In this document: positions 34,834-35,552 of the stretch, in pieces
Position numbering within the stretch: the stretch's first letter is position 1
How the letters are laid out: each line of letters opens with the position of its first letter
Source: Simkaniaceae bacterium
GTDB lineage: Bacteria > Chlamydiota > Chlamydiia > Chlamydiales > JAJFMI01
DNA length: 35,552 bases
Assembly: GCA_040880145.1 (NCBI GenBank)
Contig: JBBDIZ010000011.1
Span: forward strand, 1-35,552
Reading direction: 5' to 3'
The notes under the pieces: model-generated
Told to the model about the DNA's origin: nothing
Database searches by the model: none
The model's input: only the letters and a program-made list of their open reading frames with translations
Translations under genes and position numbers: made by a program

Positions 34834-35552
34834 TATTATTATTGCTGTTATTGCTTTGATGGTCTTCTAATACTTTGAGGATTTTTTTAAGGTTAGGATT
34901 GGTTTTGTTATTTGTAAACTCGCATTCAATTTGTAAAGAAAGAGCACGAGCTCGAGGAGTCATGCCTCTTTCATTTTTAATGTTAAGATCGATGTTTTCA
35001 GCTGTTAGTAAGGCTTCAACTATTTCCAAATTTTCTCCCCAAACAGCATGGTGTAAAGGAGTGTTGCCATATTCATCATTTTGGCGGTTAACATCGATTT
35101 CTTTAATTTTTAGTAAGGCTTTAACTATTTCCAAATTTTCTTGTAAAACAGCACAGTCTAGAGGAGTTTCGCCATATTCATAATTTTGGCAGTTAACATC
35201 GATGTTTTTAGTATCTAGTAAGGCTTCAACTATTTCCAAATTTTCTTCTTTAACAGCATGGTGTAAAGGAGTGTCGCCATCGTTGTCTTCAAGGTTAACA
35301 TCGATTTCTTTAATTTTTAGTAAGGCTTCAACTATTTCCAAATTTCCTTGTAAAACAACACAATGTAGAGGAGTTTCGCCATCGTTGTTTTCAAGGTCAA
35401 CATCGATTTCTTTATCTAGTAAGGCTTTAACTATTTCCAAATTTCCTTCTAAAACAGCACAGTGTAGAGGAGTTTCTCCATCGTTGTTTTCAAAGTTAAC
35501 ATCGATTTCTTTATCTAGTAAGGCTTTAACTATTTCCAAATTTCCTTCTAAA
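34757..35552 (-). CDS. Ankyrin-repeat protein, 5' part outside the window
   Basis: About six G.TPLH.AV...NLEIV.ALL...IDVN units encoded by near-identical 99-105 bp DNA repeats; frame open to the window edge. Confidence 0.92.
   Translation of the reverse strand, partial: LEGNLEIVKALLDKEIDVNFENNDGETPLHCAVLEGNLEIVKALLDKEIDVDLENNDGETPLHCVVLQGNLEIVEALLKIKEIDVNLEDNDGDTPLHHAVKEENLEIVEALLDTKNIDVNCQNYEYGETPLDCAVLQENLEIVKALLKIKEIDVNRQNDEYGNTPLHHAVWGENLEIVEALLTAENIDLNIKNERGMTPRARALSLQIECEFTNNKTNPNLKKILKVLEDHQSNNSNNNNITGRKRSRSIQRKEIVTIKKPKTF

Noticed and set aside
34280..35183. ORFs 34280-34507 (-) and 34875-35183 (+)
   Set aside because: Antisense shadows of the transposase fragment and the ankyrin gene
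34950..35552. Regularly spaced DNA repeats as a CRISPR array
   Set aside because: Units are in-frame ankyrin codons with homologous intervening sequence; no cas genes

Overview
A chromosomal segment of an environmental chlamydia (phylum Chlamydiota; family not determinable from this window). The assignment rests on the PVC signature small basic protein and on chlamydia-type gene orders: pyrG-ruvX-zwf-pgl, rpmG-lolE-lolD, folD-apbE, DUF502-small proteins-ybeY-CBS-DUF3604, and HEAT-lptD. Most of the window is housekeeping, interrupted by accessory material. (1) A 683-bp tandem duplication anchored in the tsaD 3' end carries two Inc-like membrane protein paralogues; their upstream DNA is almost identical while their codons have diverged mostly non-synonymously. 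(2) Two IS200/IS605 (IS608-like) relics are present, one a complete ~347-bp non-autonomous element with both ends and a possible omegaRNA remnant. (3) Other accessory genes are a degenerate sulfotransferase-fold protein, an orphan TpsA/haemagglutinin-like beta-helix protein, a candidate secreted effector with a weak VPS9-like C-terminus, and a tiny Cys/Tyr-motif protein. (4) At the right edge, fused IS fragments supply, on their antisense strand, the C-terminus of an ankyrin-repeat protein. Three small genes are missing from the ORF track: 23495-23665, 23673-23834 and an NqrM-like gene at 27565-27741. No rRNA, tRNA or CRISPR array was seen. I found no complete, clearly new multi-gene system. 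All family calls are from motif recognition by eye, without database searches.
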